Of a stretch of 64,000 bases of DNA, positions 1 through 9,761 are shown one piece after another. Position 1 is the first letter of the stretch, and each line of letters starts with the position of its first letter. A model generated the notes under the pieces. That model was not told the origin of the DNA and searched no databases. It saw only the letters and a program-made list of their open reading frames with translations. This stretch comes from an uncultured Chloroflexia bacterium. GTDB lineage: Bacteria > Chloroflexota > Anaerolineae > Anaerolineales > Villigracilaceae. The stretch is from contig CAWIYA010000002.1 in assembly GCA_963840265.1 (NCBI GenBank), forward strand, positions 612,289 through 676,288. The letters run 5' to 3'. A program made the position numbers and the translations under genes.

Positions 1-1
1 C

Positions 2-547
2 GAGGAGAATATCCGCCAGACAAAAGAAATCGTAGATTACTGCCACAAAATTGGAAATATCTCAGTGGAAGGCGAATTGGGCACTGTCAGCGGTGTGGAG
101 GACCAGATCAAGGTGTCAGAAGATGAGACACAACTTGCCAACCCGAAACAAGCTGTCGAATTCGTGGAAAGAACCGGCCTGGATATCTTTGCTCCAGCAA
201 TAGGCACTGCCCATGGAGTGTACAAAACCAAAAATCCAAAGGTCGATTTCGAACGACTTGGCCAGATCAACCAAATGATGAACGGTAAAAGTATCAAAAC
301 TCCCCTGGTTGTGCATGGGGGGACCGGGTTGCCGGAAGACTATATCAAGAAATTGATCGCAATGGGTGGTGCGAAGGTGAATGTTTCAACTGAATTAAAG
401 CGAACCATGATCGACGCTGAATATGAATACATCGCCACACACCGGGAGGAATACGATCCAGGCAAGGTCGATGAAGCTGTAAGAGCTGCCATACGAACGG
501 CTGTTGGTAATTGGATCGATATCCTCGGCAGCGCGGGCAAAGCATAA
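2..547 (+). CDS. class II fructose/tagatose-bisphosphate aldolase family protein, C-terminal part (5' end outside window)
   Basis: The frame is open from the window edge (EENIRQTKEIVDYCHKIGNISVEGELG...). It has the canonical class II aldolase metal-His motifs PAIGTAHGVYK and PLVVHGGTG. The ORF track lists only 65..547. Confidence 0.85.
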   Translation, partial: EENIRQTKEIVDYCHKIGNISVEGELGTVSGVEDQIKVSEDETQLANPKQAVEFVERTGLDIFAPAIGTAHGVYKTKNPKVDFERLGQINQMMNGKSIKTPLVVHGGTGLPEDYIKKLIAMGGAKVNVSTELKRTMIDAEYEYIATHREEYDPGKVDEAVRAAIRTAVGNWIDILGSAGKA

Positions 548-637
548 GTTTAATTTGATATATTTTGAGGAACGGTGAGGGAGGAATATACCCCCCAACA
601 TTTCCTTGATTCATCATTCACGAAAAAGGAGTAACAC

Positions 638-1741
638 ATGAAGAAGGTAGAAGAGTATTTTGTTCCCTGGGTGAAAGGCATTCCGATGTATATTTCCGGG
701 CATATTGAACTCGCCTGGAAAAAACCCGAATTACACCGCATGATGTCCAATGAAAACCCGAACCAACCCTCCGAGAAGGTCCTGGAAGCGATCATAAAAT
801 ATGCCAAAATGTCCAATCGATACCCGGACCAGGGCCTGGTGGTACGCAGCAAGATTGCCCAGATCAACGGGATTGGCGGCGCAGAGAATGTGATGTTGGG
901 AAACGGTTCAAGCGAGGTGTACGATAATATCTTCCGCTGCTTCCTGACCACCGGAGAAGAAGTGATCCAGCACACTCCATGCTTTGGCATCTACAAGCTG
1001 CGCGGGACTATCCTAGGAGGCAAGATGGTCTCTGTACCCATGATCTACAAGGATAAATACCTTCATTATGATGCTGCGGGAATCCTCAAAGCAATAACCG
1101 ACAAGACCAAGATCATCGTCATTGCCAACCCTAACAATCCGACTGGCAACTTTATGGATGCCAAAGATTTCGTTCGCATCGCTGAAACAGGCATCCCCTT
1201 CATTGTTGATGAGGCATACGTGGAATATGCGGGGCTTGGAATGTCCCAGGTTGCCCTTACCAAGAAATACAAGAATGTGATCGTCACTCGCACGCTTTCC
1301 AAGGCATACGGTCTTGCTGGCTTACGCTTTGGCTATGCCATGGGCGACAAGGATGTGATCGGACAGATCTCGGCTGCCCTGCTCCCCTGGAATGTAGGTA
1401 CAATCCCCATGTGGGCAGCGCTGGCTGCGCTTGAGGATACGGAAGCCCTGGCGTTCAGGGTTAAGTACAACAATAGCGAAATCGATTTCATCACTGAAAC
1501 ATTAAGTGAAGTCCCCAACCTGGTGGTATTTCCTTCCAAAGCCAACTACATTCTTTTTGATTGCGGCGAAACAGGCAAGAAGGGCAAGGATATGGTGGCC
1601 TACGCCGAGCAGAAAGGTTTGATCTTCCGTCCGGAAACAGAAAAATATGGCAGCGATGGCTGGTTCCGAATTACCATTGGTACGAAGGAGGAAAACCGCA
1701 TGGCTGTCGATGTTGTGCGTGAGTATCTAACGAATAAGTGA
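638..1741 (+). CDS. hisC: histidinol-phosphate aminotransferase-like class II PLP aminotransferase
   Basis: 367 aa. It has the SNENPNQPS N-terminal motif and the PLP-lysine motif TLSKAYGLAGLRFGY typical of the HisC family. An AAGGAG RBS lies upstream. Confidence 0.75.
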   Translation: MKKVEEYFVPWVKGIPMYISGHIELAWKKPELHRMMSNENPNQPSEKVLEAIIKYAKMSNRYPDQGLVVRSKIAQINGIGGAENVMLGNGSSEVYDNIFRCFLTTGEEVIQHTPCFGIYKLRGTILGGKMVSVPMIYKDKYLHYDAAGILKAITDKTKIIVIANPNNPTGNFMDAKDFVRIAETGIPFIVDEAYVEYAGLGMSQVALTKKYKNVIVTRTLSKAYGLAGLRFGYAMGDKDVIGQISAALLPWNVGTIPMWAALAALEDTEALAFRVKYNNSEIDFITETLSEVPNLVVFPSKANYILFDCGETGKKGKDMVAYAEQKGLIFRPETEKYGSDGWFRITIGTKEENRMAVDVVREYLTNK

Positions 1742-1798
1742 CCCGTTTATCCTGGAGGTCGAAACGATCTCCAGGGTTATTGTGCGAGGAGGAAAAGC

Positions 1799-2563
1799 AT
1801 GGGAAAAATAAAAGCAGTTTTTTTTGACCAGGATGGTGTGATCATTGATACTGAACGGGATGGTCACCGCGTATCCTTCAACATGACCTTTAAAGAATTC
1901 GGGTTTACAGACGAGTGGAGCGTGGATTATTACCATGAGCTCCTGCAGATTGCCGGTGGTAAAGAGCGGATGAAGCATCACCTGCAGACAAAGGGCTTCA
2001 GCAAACCGATTCCCCCTGAAAAAGTGGATGACCTCATCAAGGAAATGCACAAACGCAAAACTGCTCTTTTCGTAGAATTGATCGAGAGCGGGAAGCTTCC
2101 TTTAAGACCAGGCATCCACAGGTTCATGAAGGAAGCTATCGATGCCGGATTAAAGGTCGGGGTTTGTACCACGTCCAATGAACAGGCTGCAAAGGCAATA
2201 ACGGAAAAAATCCTTAAAGATATCAAATTCGACATTGTGCTTGCTGGGGATGTGGTCAGCAAGAAAAAGCCCGATCCTGAGATTTACAACCTGGCTCTTT
2301 CCAAGACCGGGTTGAAAGCGGATGAAGTCATCGTAGTGGAAGATTCAAAGAATGGTGTTCTGGCCGGGAAGGCTGCCGGAGCAAACGTGATTGTAACCAC
2401 CAATTACTACACTGCGAAGGAGGACGTAAGCAGTGGCGATATTATTGTCACCAGTCTCGGCGATCCGGAAGGTGAGAAAGGCAACCTTACCAAGGGCGCC
2501 ACAAACCTGAAATATGATGGTGTTCTAAGGATAATGCAGGTGGTTGAGTATTTTGGCAGTTGA
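1799..2563 (+). CDS. HAD-IA hydrolase, CbbY-like sugar-phosphate phosphatase
   Basis: 254 aa. Motif I plus a CbbY-type cap is present (AVFFDQDGVIIDTERDGHRVSFN), along with the KKPDP and VEDSKNG motifs. A GAGGAGG RBS lies upstream. Confidence 0.8.
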   Translation: MGKIKAVFFDQDGVIIDTERDGHRVSFNMTFKEFGFTDEWSVDYYHELLQIAGGKERMKHHLQTKGFSKPIPPEKVDDLIKEMHKRKTALFVELIESGKLPLRPGIHRFMKEAIDAGLKVGVCTTSNEQAAKAITEKILKDIKFDIVLAGDVVSKKKPDPEIYNLALSKTGLKADEVIVVEDSKNGVLAGKAAGANVIVTTNYYTAKEDVSSGDIIVTSLGDPEGEKGNLTKGATNLKYDGVLRIMQVVEYFGS

Positions 2564-2590
2564 AGCCAGTGTTAATCAGGCAGAAGAACC

Positions 2591-2629
2591 AAAAAAAGGC
2601 GTAAAGATATTATCTTTTCGCCTTTTTTT
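2591..2629. terminator. bidirectional intrinsic terminator between convergent HAD and PiT genes
   Basis: Near-perfect hairpin AAAAAGGCGTAAAGATA-T-TATCTTTTCGCCTTTTT, flanked by an A-run and a T-run. Confidence 0.8.
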
Positions 2630-2729
2630 ATTGGGGCATTAAAACATCCTTTGCATGCTGAAATACGATTAATCAATGATTATTAGAAGAAAATGCTGGG
2701 AATATACCAATGTCTCTACCCGAAGCGGA

Positions 2730-3716
2730 TCACAGCATAAACCGGTTTAAGACCAGGTAGATAAACGCTGCTAAAAGAGCCGCAGCCGGTATAGTCAACA
2801 ACCAGGCAGTGATGATTTCCTGGACAATGTTCCAGCGGACCTTGTTAGGTCTTTCGGCAGCTCCAACTCCCATGATTGCAGAGCTGTTGATATGAGAGGT
2901 GCTTACAGGTCCACCGGTCAGGGAAGCAGTTAAAACAACAATCGATGAGGACAACTGGGCGCAAAACGCATCAATGGGTTCGATTTTGTAAAATTTGCGT
3001 CCAACGGTACGGATCAGTCTTTGAGCCCCCACAGCTGTTCCAGCAGAGATTGCCAATGCTGCAATAAAAATGACCCAAACTGGAACGACAAATGCATTAA
3101 GATACTTTTCAGTAATAAGTGCCAGCGTTATCATCCCCATGGTTTTAGGCGCGTCATTGCTGCCATGGCTGAGCCCCAAGGCAATAACTGTGAAAACCTG
3201 GAGTCTTTTAAGGGTCAGGTTAATTCCAGGGGACGAATCCTGGCATAATCTCATAACTATCTTAAGGATAATGAAGCCTATTCCGAAGCCAATAATAGGA
3301 GAGACGAAAAGGAATATCAATATTTTACCAAGTCCGGAAACCTGGATAGCCTGCCATCCAACTCCCATGGTTACCCCGCCGATCAGACCGCCTATGAGGG
3401 CATGGGAGGAGCTGCTCGGAAGCCCCAATGACGATGTTAACAAAATCCACAAAACAGCACTCAGCATAGCAGCCAGAATGACGTGAGCGTTAATCGCTAT
3501 TGCACTTACAACCCCCTTGCCGATCGTACTGGCAACCGAAATCCCAAAAATATAAGGTCCAAGAAATTCCGCAACGGCCGTCATAGCCAAAGCCGAACGT
3601 GGAGACATTGCGCGTGAAGAAATCATAGTTGCTACGATGCCGCTTGAATCGTTCAAACCATTCATAAAAGCGTACACAAGCGCAAGAATAATGACACCAA
3701 CGGTGATGGGTGACAC
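2730..3716 (-). CDS. inorganic phosphate transporter, PiT family
   Basis: 328 aa, polytopic. It carries two PHO4-type signature repeats, GLNDSSGIVATMISS and GSNDAPKTMG. Confidence 0.9.
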   Translation of the reverse strand: MSPITVGVIILALVYAFMNGLNDSSGIVATMISSRAMSPRSALAMTAVAEFLGPYIFGISVASTIGKGVVSAIAINAHVILAAMLSAVLWILLTSSLGLPSSSSHALIGGLIGGVTMGVGWQAIQVSGLGKILIFLFVSPIIGFGIGFIILKIVMRLCQDSSPGINLTLKRLQVFTVIALGLSHGSNDAPKTMGMITLALITEKYLNAFVVPVWVIFIAALAISAGTAVGAQRLIRTVGRKFYKIEPIDAFCAQLSSSIVVLTASLTGGPVSTSHINSSAIMGVGAAERPNKVRWNIVQEIITAWLLTIPAAALLAAFIYLVLNRFML

Positions 3717-3729
3717 GAATCTCTCCCGC

Positions 3730-4350
3730 TCAGGTAATCTTCACAATAATATCGGCAATCACATTCGCTGCCTCATCTCCGCGGTCGGCTGCATTGCTCA
3801 AATGCCGATAAACTTCGCGCGATTTCAGCATTTTGATCACATGTTGGATATCTTCTGCTCCACTGAAAAGGTCGGCCAGGGCTTCACGGTAAACCTCTTC
3901 CACCCGGTTTTCAAGTGCCTTGGCTCTCTGTGCGTGGTCGTTGGCTACCCCGGGATGGTTTTCCAGGCGATCGACGGCCATTAATAGTTCATAGGCCGCA
4001 TCCCTGAGTATGGCGGCCATACTCTGCATATAATTTGTAGGCTCAACCTTAAGAATTTCCATCTCGCTGACAGTACTGTAGGCATAATCCAGCACATCGT
4101 CAATCGTCCTGGAAAGTAAGAAAATATCTTCCCGATCAAAAGGAGTAATGAAGGTTTTGTTCAATTCGTCGATAAGGATCCGACGGGCTTCATCCGCTTC
4201 CTTCTCTTTTGTGGAAAGCATGGCCGAGGCAGCTGCATCCTGGGAGTTCATGAAAGCCTTGAGAGCTTCAAGACCTTCAAGCGTAAGAGATGCCTGGTCA
4301 TGGATCAGTTTAAGGAAAACATTCTGCTTTTTCTTAAATATGCGAAACAT
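3730..4350 (-). CDS. DUF47 / PhoU-like accessory protein of PiT transporters
   Basis: 206 aa, all-helical and acidic. It sits 13 nt upstream of the PiT gene, which is the usual DUF47-Pit pairing. Confidence 0.75.
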   Translation of the reverse strand: MFRIFKKKQNVFLKLIHDQASLTLEGLEALKAFMNSQDAAASAMLSTKEKEADEARRILIDELNKTFITPFDREDIFLLSRTIDDVLDYAYSTVSEMEILKVEPTNYMQSMAAILRDAAYELLMAVDRLENHPGVANDHAQRAKALENRVEEVYREALADLFSGAEDIQHVIKMLKSREVYRHLSNAADRGDEAANVIADIIVKIT

Positions 4351-4702
4351 GGTGATAAATCCTCCAATACTCGGTGGAATTTCCTGTGATTTCTTAGGGA
4401 ATGATGGACTGCAATTATTGGCGCTCTTTATCCGTCACACCGCATCGGGGTGGTATGAAAAAAATCTCTTAAAACCTTACCGACGAAATATTAAGGTAAA
4501 TTATTGTGATCAAATGAATATTGCAGGCAAAGAATGGAATGTAAATTATTACGAACAGCAATAATATCATAAAACCATATGGGGAATTTCCCACAGGCAT
4601 CTTAAGATTTGGAATAGAACCCCGATCCAAAAAATATAAGTGATTTCTTTACCGGTGGAAATTTAGTATCACCCTGTCCCACCAAGGAACTGGTGCGAAA
4701 AA

Positions 4703-5392
4703 TTATGTTTTAAGTGTTTCTTTAATTGAAGCGAACACCAAATCAGCTTCTGTGAAATCCGGGTGCCATCGAAACGACTCGATTTCTTTTAGCGCTTGCA
4801 TCCTTGGACCAATACCGATAAACCCGAAACCAAGAGTGCGGGAGGCCTGCATGTCCCATGGACCATCACCCAGATACACAATCCTTCCGAACCCGTGACA
4901 ATTATAAAATTTCTTTGCCAACTCAACTGCATTTTCCATGATCCTCTTGCGGTTCCGTTCGTCGTCGGAGGTCGACATCGGGATTCCTTCGACATCCAAG
5001 CCACTAGCCTTGAGTTTGAAGAGGGCTTCGCTCCTCCAACAACCAGTTGCGATCGCGATCCCCACCCCAATTTGATTCCGGAGCCGCTCCAGGAAGCGTG
5101 AAGCTCCCGGGATCTCGCAAAAGGTTTCTGGAGATTCGCGATACATTTTTTTAAAGTATCGGAGCACCTTGACTTTTACTTTTTCGATCTCATTTGCTCC
5201 TTGAATCCTACCAGTAATACGTTCGATTGCCTCCACTGTTACGCCAAGTGATGTTTTGTCAACATATCCATTCAAATCTGCATTAATAGGCGGACATCCG
5301 AGTACCTCAGCGATGGCAGTACCAAAAATTTCCCGATCATAATCGTAAGATTGTGTCAGCGTCCCGTCGATATCCAGCATAACCAAATTCAT
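4703..5392 (-). CDS. HAD family hydrolase
   Basis: Motif I is MNLVMLDIDGTLT and motif IV is LGDGPWD. I trimmed the ORF-track TTG start at 5428 to the ATG at 5392, which has an AAGGGA RBS 8 nt upstream. Confidence 0.75.
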   Translation of the reverse strand: MNLVMLDIDGTLTQSYDYDREIFGTAIAEVLGCPPINADLNGYVDKTSLGVTVEAIERITGRIQGANEIEKVKVKVLRYFKKMYRESPETFCEIPGASRFLERLRNQIGVGIAIATGCWRSEALFKLKASGLDVEGIPMSTSDDERNRKRIMENAVELAKKFYNCHGFGRIVYLGDGPWDMQASRTLGFGFIGIGPRMQALKEIESFRWHPDFTEADLVFASIKETLKT

Positions 5393-5692
5393 AATTATTG
5401 TCCCTTGGAGGAATTCATCCAGCACCAATAATACTACAGTCCCTTTTTAACACCGCATATCCAAACTGGTGACCTGGTGGGAAATGAATCTTTCCATCCC
5501 AGAAAACCTGAAGATAATATGTTTCAAAAGTTCTTAAGGATTTAGGGGTTATTCAATCACATTTATTGTTATCAATATTGGAAGCAAGGACTTTCATTCG
5601 CGCGCCTAATTTCATTTTGTTGGAATAAATGTCTGATTCCCCGACTATGAATTTCCCTTTCCCCCTAATAATATATTAAGAAGTGGTGCCAA

Positions 5693-5722
5693 GGGTACAG
5701 CCTGCCCGCCCAGGCTGTACCC
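5693..5722 (-). terminator. stem-loop just after the stop of the 5732..6694 gene
   Basis: Perfect 12-bp stem GGGTACAGCCTG/CAGGCTGTACCC with a 6-nt loop, 10 nt after the stop codon. The T-run is only weak. Confidence 0.55.
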
Positions 5723-5731
5723 TGAAATCTC

Positions 5732-6694
5732 TTAATTAGCGCGGGTCTCTTTTCGTGGGCGTATTCCTAAATAGATCAGGGCAACCCCACCGACAATCAA
5801 GGCCGCCACGAGGCCAAATTCGGTCAGCGACCCAACCGCCAATAAGACGAAAGCAACGATACTTGCGATCATGGCTGGTACACGTGCCCAAGCGGTCGGG
5901 TATTTCTCGCGCAGCCGCCAAAGCCATCCAAATGTAGCTGCCCAGCCCAGGAACAGGACTGCAGCGGGGAAAGAACTCTGGGCGAATTTTCCAAGGACCG
6001 GGAGAGTCAAGAGGGCATTGATGCCTATCGAACCCAAAATGCCAGCGGGGAGCAATGCCCACCAATATTGCTGTTGTTTGAAAAATACATAGAAGAAGGC
6101 TGCAGAGATAGCGAGGGTTACGAAAGCTCCTGCCCAAAGACCCGTAAACATGCTTAGAAGAACCATGAATCCAAAGACTGTCATTGTGAAAGCCGGGATG
6201 AGGGCCCACCAATTCTTTCGGTCAATCAGATAAACGACTGCAAATGGAATGGCGATCGCGAACATGAACAAAGAGCCGACCACTTCACCTCGCACCGTAT
6301 CCCCGAAAACGATCACCAAGCAAAGGATTGCCAGGACAAAGGATGGGATGAGAGCCCACCAATTCTTGCGGAAATCCACTGCAAAAGCGACCACGAATGG
6401 GATCACCATAGCTGCAAAGAGGGGGGTGACTGCCCAAGCTTCGCGGAATCCGGAATCAGCCAACCAGGTTATGCCTGCCAGGGCAGTAAATGTGCATGCC
6501 GGGAAAAGCCAGCCCCAGAATCGCACACCGGCAACAAGATAGCGGATCAGGAAAATCAAACCAACCCCGCCAAAGGCGATCATCCAGAACGGTGGTGTAA
6601 ACGTTTTAATCAACCCCTCTTGCTGTGCCAGTGTCAAGCCGGCCGCCAGGATGAGCAGGAAGCCCCAGAAGATATTATCGTATCGGTTTCTCAT
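5732..6694 (-). CDS. polytopic membrane protein with repeated LiaF-TM-like WW motifs
   Basis: 320 aa. It has three repeats: RKNWWALIPSF, RKNWWALIPAF and QQYWWALLPAG. The start is set at ATG 6694, with AAGGAG 6 nt upstream; the ORF-track TTG at 6712 is rejected. Confidence 0.7.
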   Translation of the reverse strand: MRNRYDNIFWGFLLILAAGLTLAQQEGLIKTFTPPFWMIAFGGVGLIFLIRYLVAGVRFWGWLFPACTFTALAGITWLADSGFREAWAVTPLFAAMVIPFVVAFAVDFRKNWWALIPSFVLAILCLVIVFGDTVRGEVVGSLFMFAIAIPFAVVYLIDRKNWWALIPAFTMTVFGFMVLLSMFTGLWAGAFVTLAISAAFFYVFFKQQQYWWALLPAGILGSIGINALLTLPVLGKFAQSSFPAAVLFLGWAATFGWLWRLREKYPTAWARVPAMIASIVAFVLLAVGSLTEFGLVAALIVGGVALIYLGIRPRKETRAN

Positions 6695-6757
6695 CGTCCA
6701 CTCCTTCAGCAATTTGGGATATCAACAATTCGAATTATATAAATTCGATCGGATAAT

Positions 6758-6806
6758 CAACCCTACCGCTAGAGGGGTTTTTACCTGTCCAATCGGCTAG
6801 GATTTC
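6758..6806 (-). repeat. box + GC-hairpin element, copy D
   Basis: Gene-sense sequence: GAAATCCTAGCCGATTGGACAGGTAAAAACCCCTCTAGCGGTAGGGTTG. The box ends about 90 nt upstream of ATG 6694. Confidence 0.65.
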
Positions 6807-6816
6807 CCTTTTGCCG

Positions 6817-6855
6817 TAAATAAAATAGGTCGAGCACAATTTCCACTCGACCTAT
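6817..6855 (-). terminator. intrinsic terminator of the DUF2807 gene
   Basis: Minus-sense sequence ATAGGTCGAG-TGGAAATTGTG-CTCGACCTAT, followed by TTTATTTA. Confidence 0.8.
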
Positions 6856-6876
6856 TCATCTAATGCGTGGTGACGA

Positions 6877-7542
6877 TCAGGGGGTAATACTGCCCGATCC
6901 TGTGACACTATGATTTACAAGGTTGGGGTCGCCGCTGTACCGAATCGTGCCCGAGCCAGGAATTTTCGCGTCCAGGCTATCACTTGCGAAAACCGTGATG
7001 TTGCCTGAACCGCCCAATGTTACGGTCGCATTTTTTGCTTTGACCTCATCGCAGTAGATATTGCCCGATCCGCTTAAATTGACAGCTATGCTGTTGGTTA
7101 TTCCATTTGCTGTAATGTTACTAGAACCAGGGAGGTCTATCTGAATGGTATCGACATCCAGGTTGGTTATCTTGATATTTCCCGACCCGCTCAGCTCGAT
7201 ATTTTGCAGAGAATTCATCGTGACATTGACACGCACAGGAGTGCTGGAGTGAATGGTGATGTTCGATTTCAAGGCAATGATCAAGCGTTGATTTTGTATG
7301 GAAGTGACAATCAGCGGGAGAATATTATCATCCGCTTCAATAGAGACGGATTCGCTATTTCCGAACGTAATGTTTACATCGGCTGATCCTCTTAGCTCGA
7401 CTGAATTAAATGCAGTCATGCTTCGAGGTTCGTTAATGACATTTCCAGACCCTTCAACTGTGCTGGTGGTAAATGACATTATTGAACAAGCTGACATCAT
7501 CAGCGCTATCACAACAAATGCAATTATCAAGTTTTTATGCAT
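6877..7542 (-). CDS. DUF2807 (head GIN domain, beta-helix) lipoprotein
   Basis: 221 aa. The lipobox is ALMMSAC and there are repeated GSGNI/GSGTI turns. The start is at ATG 7542, with a GGGAGA RBS. Confidence 0.75.
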   Translation of the reverse strand: MHKNLIIAFVVIALMMSACSIMSFTTSTVEGSGNVINEPRSMTAFNSVELRGSADVNITFGNSESVSIEADDNILPLIVTSIQNQRLIIALKSNITIHSSTPVRVNVTMNSLQNIELSGSGNIKITNLDVDTIQIDLPGSSNITANGITNSIAVNLSGSGNIYCDEVKAKNATVTLGGSGNITVFASDSLDAKIPGSGTIRYSGDPNLVNHSVTGSGSITP

Positions 7543-7599
7543 GGTCGGTCTCCCTTGCATATTGAATTGAAGTAAGTTTAGTGAAACTTGTTGAGTATT

Positions 7600-7645
7600 G
7601 CCTCAGTCAATTGGGAGGTATTTCTCTGTCCAAATGGGTAGGTTT
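7600..7645 (-). repeat. box + hairpin element, copy E (weaker hairpin)
   Basis: Gene-sense sequence: AAACCTACCCATTTGGACAGAGAAATACCTCCCAATTGACTGAGGC. The box ends about 82 nt upstream of ATG 7542. Confidence 0.5.
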
Positions 7646-7660
7646 GGGGTACGGAGAGTA

Positions 7661-8623
7661 TTACCCCCATCCCATTGCCAACACCAGGTTATAAACATAG
7701 CCAAAGCCGATAGCGCCTATCCACAGCACTCCAACCACTACAGCGATCACGCGCCAGCGGGCAATGGTAAGAGCCCCAGCAATTGCGCCAATAGATGTGC
7801 CAGAACCGGAGATCAGGAAGGCCATGGCTGCACCCTGGCTCATACCGGCATCCAGAAGCGCCCGGATCAGTGGTAAAGAAGCTTCAGTGCTGATATAGAA
7901 CGGCAAACCTAGAGTGGCTGCCAGGGGTACGCTGTAGGTATTGCCGATTCCGAAAACTCCACCAACCCATTCTGAGGGAATCAGCCCATTCAGGAAGTAT
8001 CCAATGAACGCAAAGCCAATGAACATGACGAGCAATTGTTTTCCACTCGTCCCGACTGCTTTGAAATAGTCTTTGGTTTGCATGCTTGGTTTTATTGCTT
8101 CAGGCTGGCCGCATCCGCAGGCATCAGATTGGATCATTGGAATGGTGGCACACGAAGAACAAGGAACGAGCAGGCGGGCCTGGTTCTTCAGCCAGCCGCG
8201 ACCATCCAGGAAAGCGCCCAAGGCTCCCCCTGCCAGGCCAAGTACGATCGAGGCTGTAAAAAAGGTCAGGGAGAATGGCCAGCCAAAAAGTCCGGCACTG
8301 TAGAAAAGTTCTTCAGGAGAAGTGAGCGGTGAGGCGACCATGAAGGCGATGATGGGCGCCCAAGGCATCAAACCCGCCATCATGCCCAGAACCACTGCGG
8401 TTGTCCCGCATGAGCAAAGAGGTGTGGCTACTGCTGCCGTAGTGGCAGCCAGGACGCCAGCACTCCGGTATCTCTTGAGAAAGGTGGAGACATGCTCGGC
8501 ATTCAGAAATAATTTGAGAGCCGATGCAATTAAAATGCTCACCAGGAGAAATGGCCAGTTGTGCCAGAGGGAGAGCAGAACCTGCTCGACAGATTGAAGA
8601 AAGAGTTTCAGGATGAAGTCCAT
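7661..8623 (-). CDS. PF03773/DUF318-type predicted permease (ArsP-like)
   Basis: 320 aa, multi-TM. It has a vicinal Cys motif TPLCSCGT in a TM segment and a Cys-rich loop SSCATIPMIQSDACGCG. An AAGGAGA RBS lies upstream. Confidence 0.7.
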   Translation of the reverse strand: MDFILKLFLQSVEQVLLSLWHNWPFLLVSILIASALKLFLNAEHVSTFLKRYRSAGVLAATTAAVATPLCSCGTTAVVLGMMAGLMPWAPIIAFMVASPLTSPEELFYSAGLFGWPFSLTFFTASIVLGLAGGALGAFLDGRGWLKNQARLLVPCSSCATIPMIQSDACGCGQPEAIKPSMQTKDYFKAVGTSGKQLLVMFIGFAFIGYFLNGLIPSEWVGGVFGIGNTYSVPLAATLGLPFYISTEASLPLIRALLDAGMSQGAAMAFLISGSGTSIGAIAGALTIARWRVIAVVVGVLWIGAIGFGYVYNLVLAMGWG

Positions 8624-8693
8624 TTTTATCTCCTTTATGATAGGCTTTCATCCTGATAGACGAGGTGAGTTGTAAAAAGACGCAGGTTTGGAG

Positions 8694-9293
8694 TTAAGAT
8701 CCCGGATTACAACAACAGCAACGGTCGTAATAATCGATTACCTTGCCGCGCAGATCCAATTCAATGTGACAGCAAGCGAGGATCCTGGCGCGCAGCTTGT
8801 CACGGGCACGCTGGACCCGCGACTTGGCAGCCGAAACCGAAAGGCTAATGCTATCAGCCAATTCCACCTGGCTAAGCCCCTGGTACTCAGTCAACTCGAT
8901 TGCCTCCCGGTATACTCCGGGAAGTTCCTTAACCATATCCCGTAGTGACAATGACAATTGAGTGGACGAGTCTTCTTCATCAAATCCTGCTTCGGCCGCA
9001 AGATCAGGCGGCAATTCCACAGCGGCATGCCGCTTGCGGTAGTGGTCGATAACAAGGTTTCGGGCGATCTGGTAGATCCAGCCATCCACCTTTTCAGGCT
9101 GCGGTAGGCAGCATAGGTTGTGATGGACGCGAATAAATACTTCCTGAAGGAGGTCTTCTGCATCAGCATCATTTGTTACGCGGCTGCGCAGAAATCCAAG
9201 CAGCCGGCAGCAATATGCATTCCACAGGGTTTCAAGATTGACAGATTCCACGGAATTCTCTTGTGTAATGGAAGGAAAATTAATTGGTTTCAA
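8694..9293 (-). CDS. ECF-type sigma-70 family sigma factor with a Cys-rich C-terminal tail (SigZ/CorE-like)
   Basis: Region 2 (DAEDLLQEVFIRVHH, IARNLVIDHYRKR) and region 4 (LTEYQGLSQVELADSISLSVSAAKSRVQRAR) are present. The tail is ACCHIELDLRGKVIDYYDRCCCCNPGS. The TTG start overlaps the upstream gene, so the exact start is uncertain. Confidence 0.8.
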   Translation of the reverse strand: MKPINFPSITQENSVESVNLETLWNAYCCRLLGFLRSRVTNDADAEDLLQEVFIRVHHNLCCLPQPEKVDGWIYQIARNLVIDHYRKRHAAVELPPDLAAEAGFDEEDSSTQLSLSLRDMVKELPGVYREAIELTEYQGLSQVELADSISLSVSAAKSRVQRARDKLRARILACCHIELDLRGKVIDYYDRCCCCNPGS

Positions 9294-9744
9294 TTCGGTA
9301 ATATCGTCTTACAGGTGGGGTAAGCACAAGCAGCAAGATGGCAATTCCGATAAAAGCTGTGACGAATTGCATCGGTGCAGAGAATCCGATTAATATTCCC
9401 TCAAAAACCAACCAAATCGCCAAGCCAATTCCCAAGTACAACGTTCCCGCCCATGACCAGTGCCTGCCGCTCCACTGAACAAACAATTTCGTCCAGGTCA
9501 AGCGCGGGCGGGCAAGCAAACCATAGAGAAGAATTAGCGGAGCAATGCCCATCGCAGTCAGAAGGAACACGCCCGGCAGGGTGTAATCAGGAACAGGTAA
9601 ATGTAAGAGGAATTCAGGCGGGAGGCCCATCAAAGTTCCGGAGGGATCCTTTAAAAAGATAATTCCTCCATAGATGCCGCCAATTCCCAGCAGCAGGAGA
9701 AAAAATATTAACAACCAGAGAGTAAAGGGACGTCGAGATTTCAT
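9280..9744 (-). CDS. small membrane protein, unknown function
   Basis: 154 aa, 4 predicted TM segments. I trimmed the ORF-track start from 9906 to ATG 9744, which has a GGAG RBS; the longer form would overlap the upstream CDS. Confidence 0.6.
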   Translation of the reverse strand: MKSRRPFTLWLLIFFLLLLGIGGIYGGIIFLKDPSGTLMGLPPEFLLHLPVPDYTLPGVFLLTAMGIAPLILLYGLLARPRLTWTKLFVQWSGRHWSWAGTLYLGIGLAIWLVFEGILIGFSAPMQFVTAFIGIAILLLVLTPPVRRYYRIETN

Positions 9745-9761
9745 TGAGATCTCCAATTGGT

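Noticed and set aside
4496-4550. GTAAATTATT occurs twice, 45 nt apart, in the 352-nt AT-rich region upstream of the DUF47-PiT operon (a possible Pho-type operator).
   Set aside because: The context is AT-rich and low-complexity, so such repeats are likely by chance. There is no resemblance to a defined Pho box that I can demonstrate.
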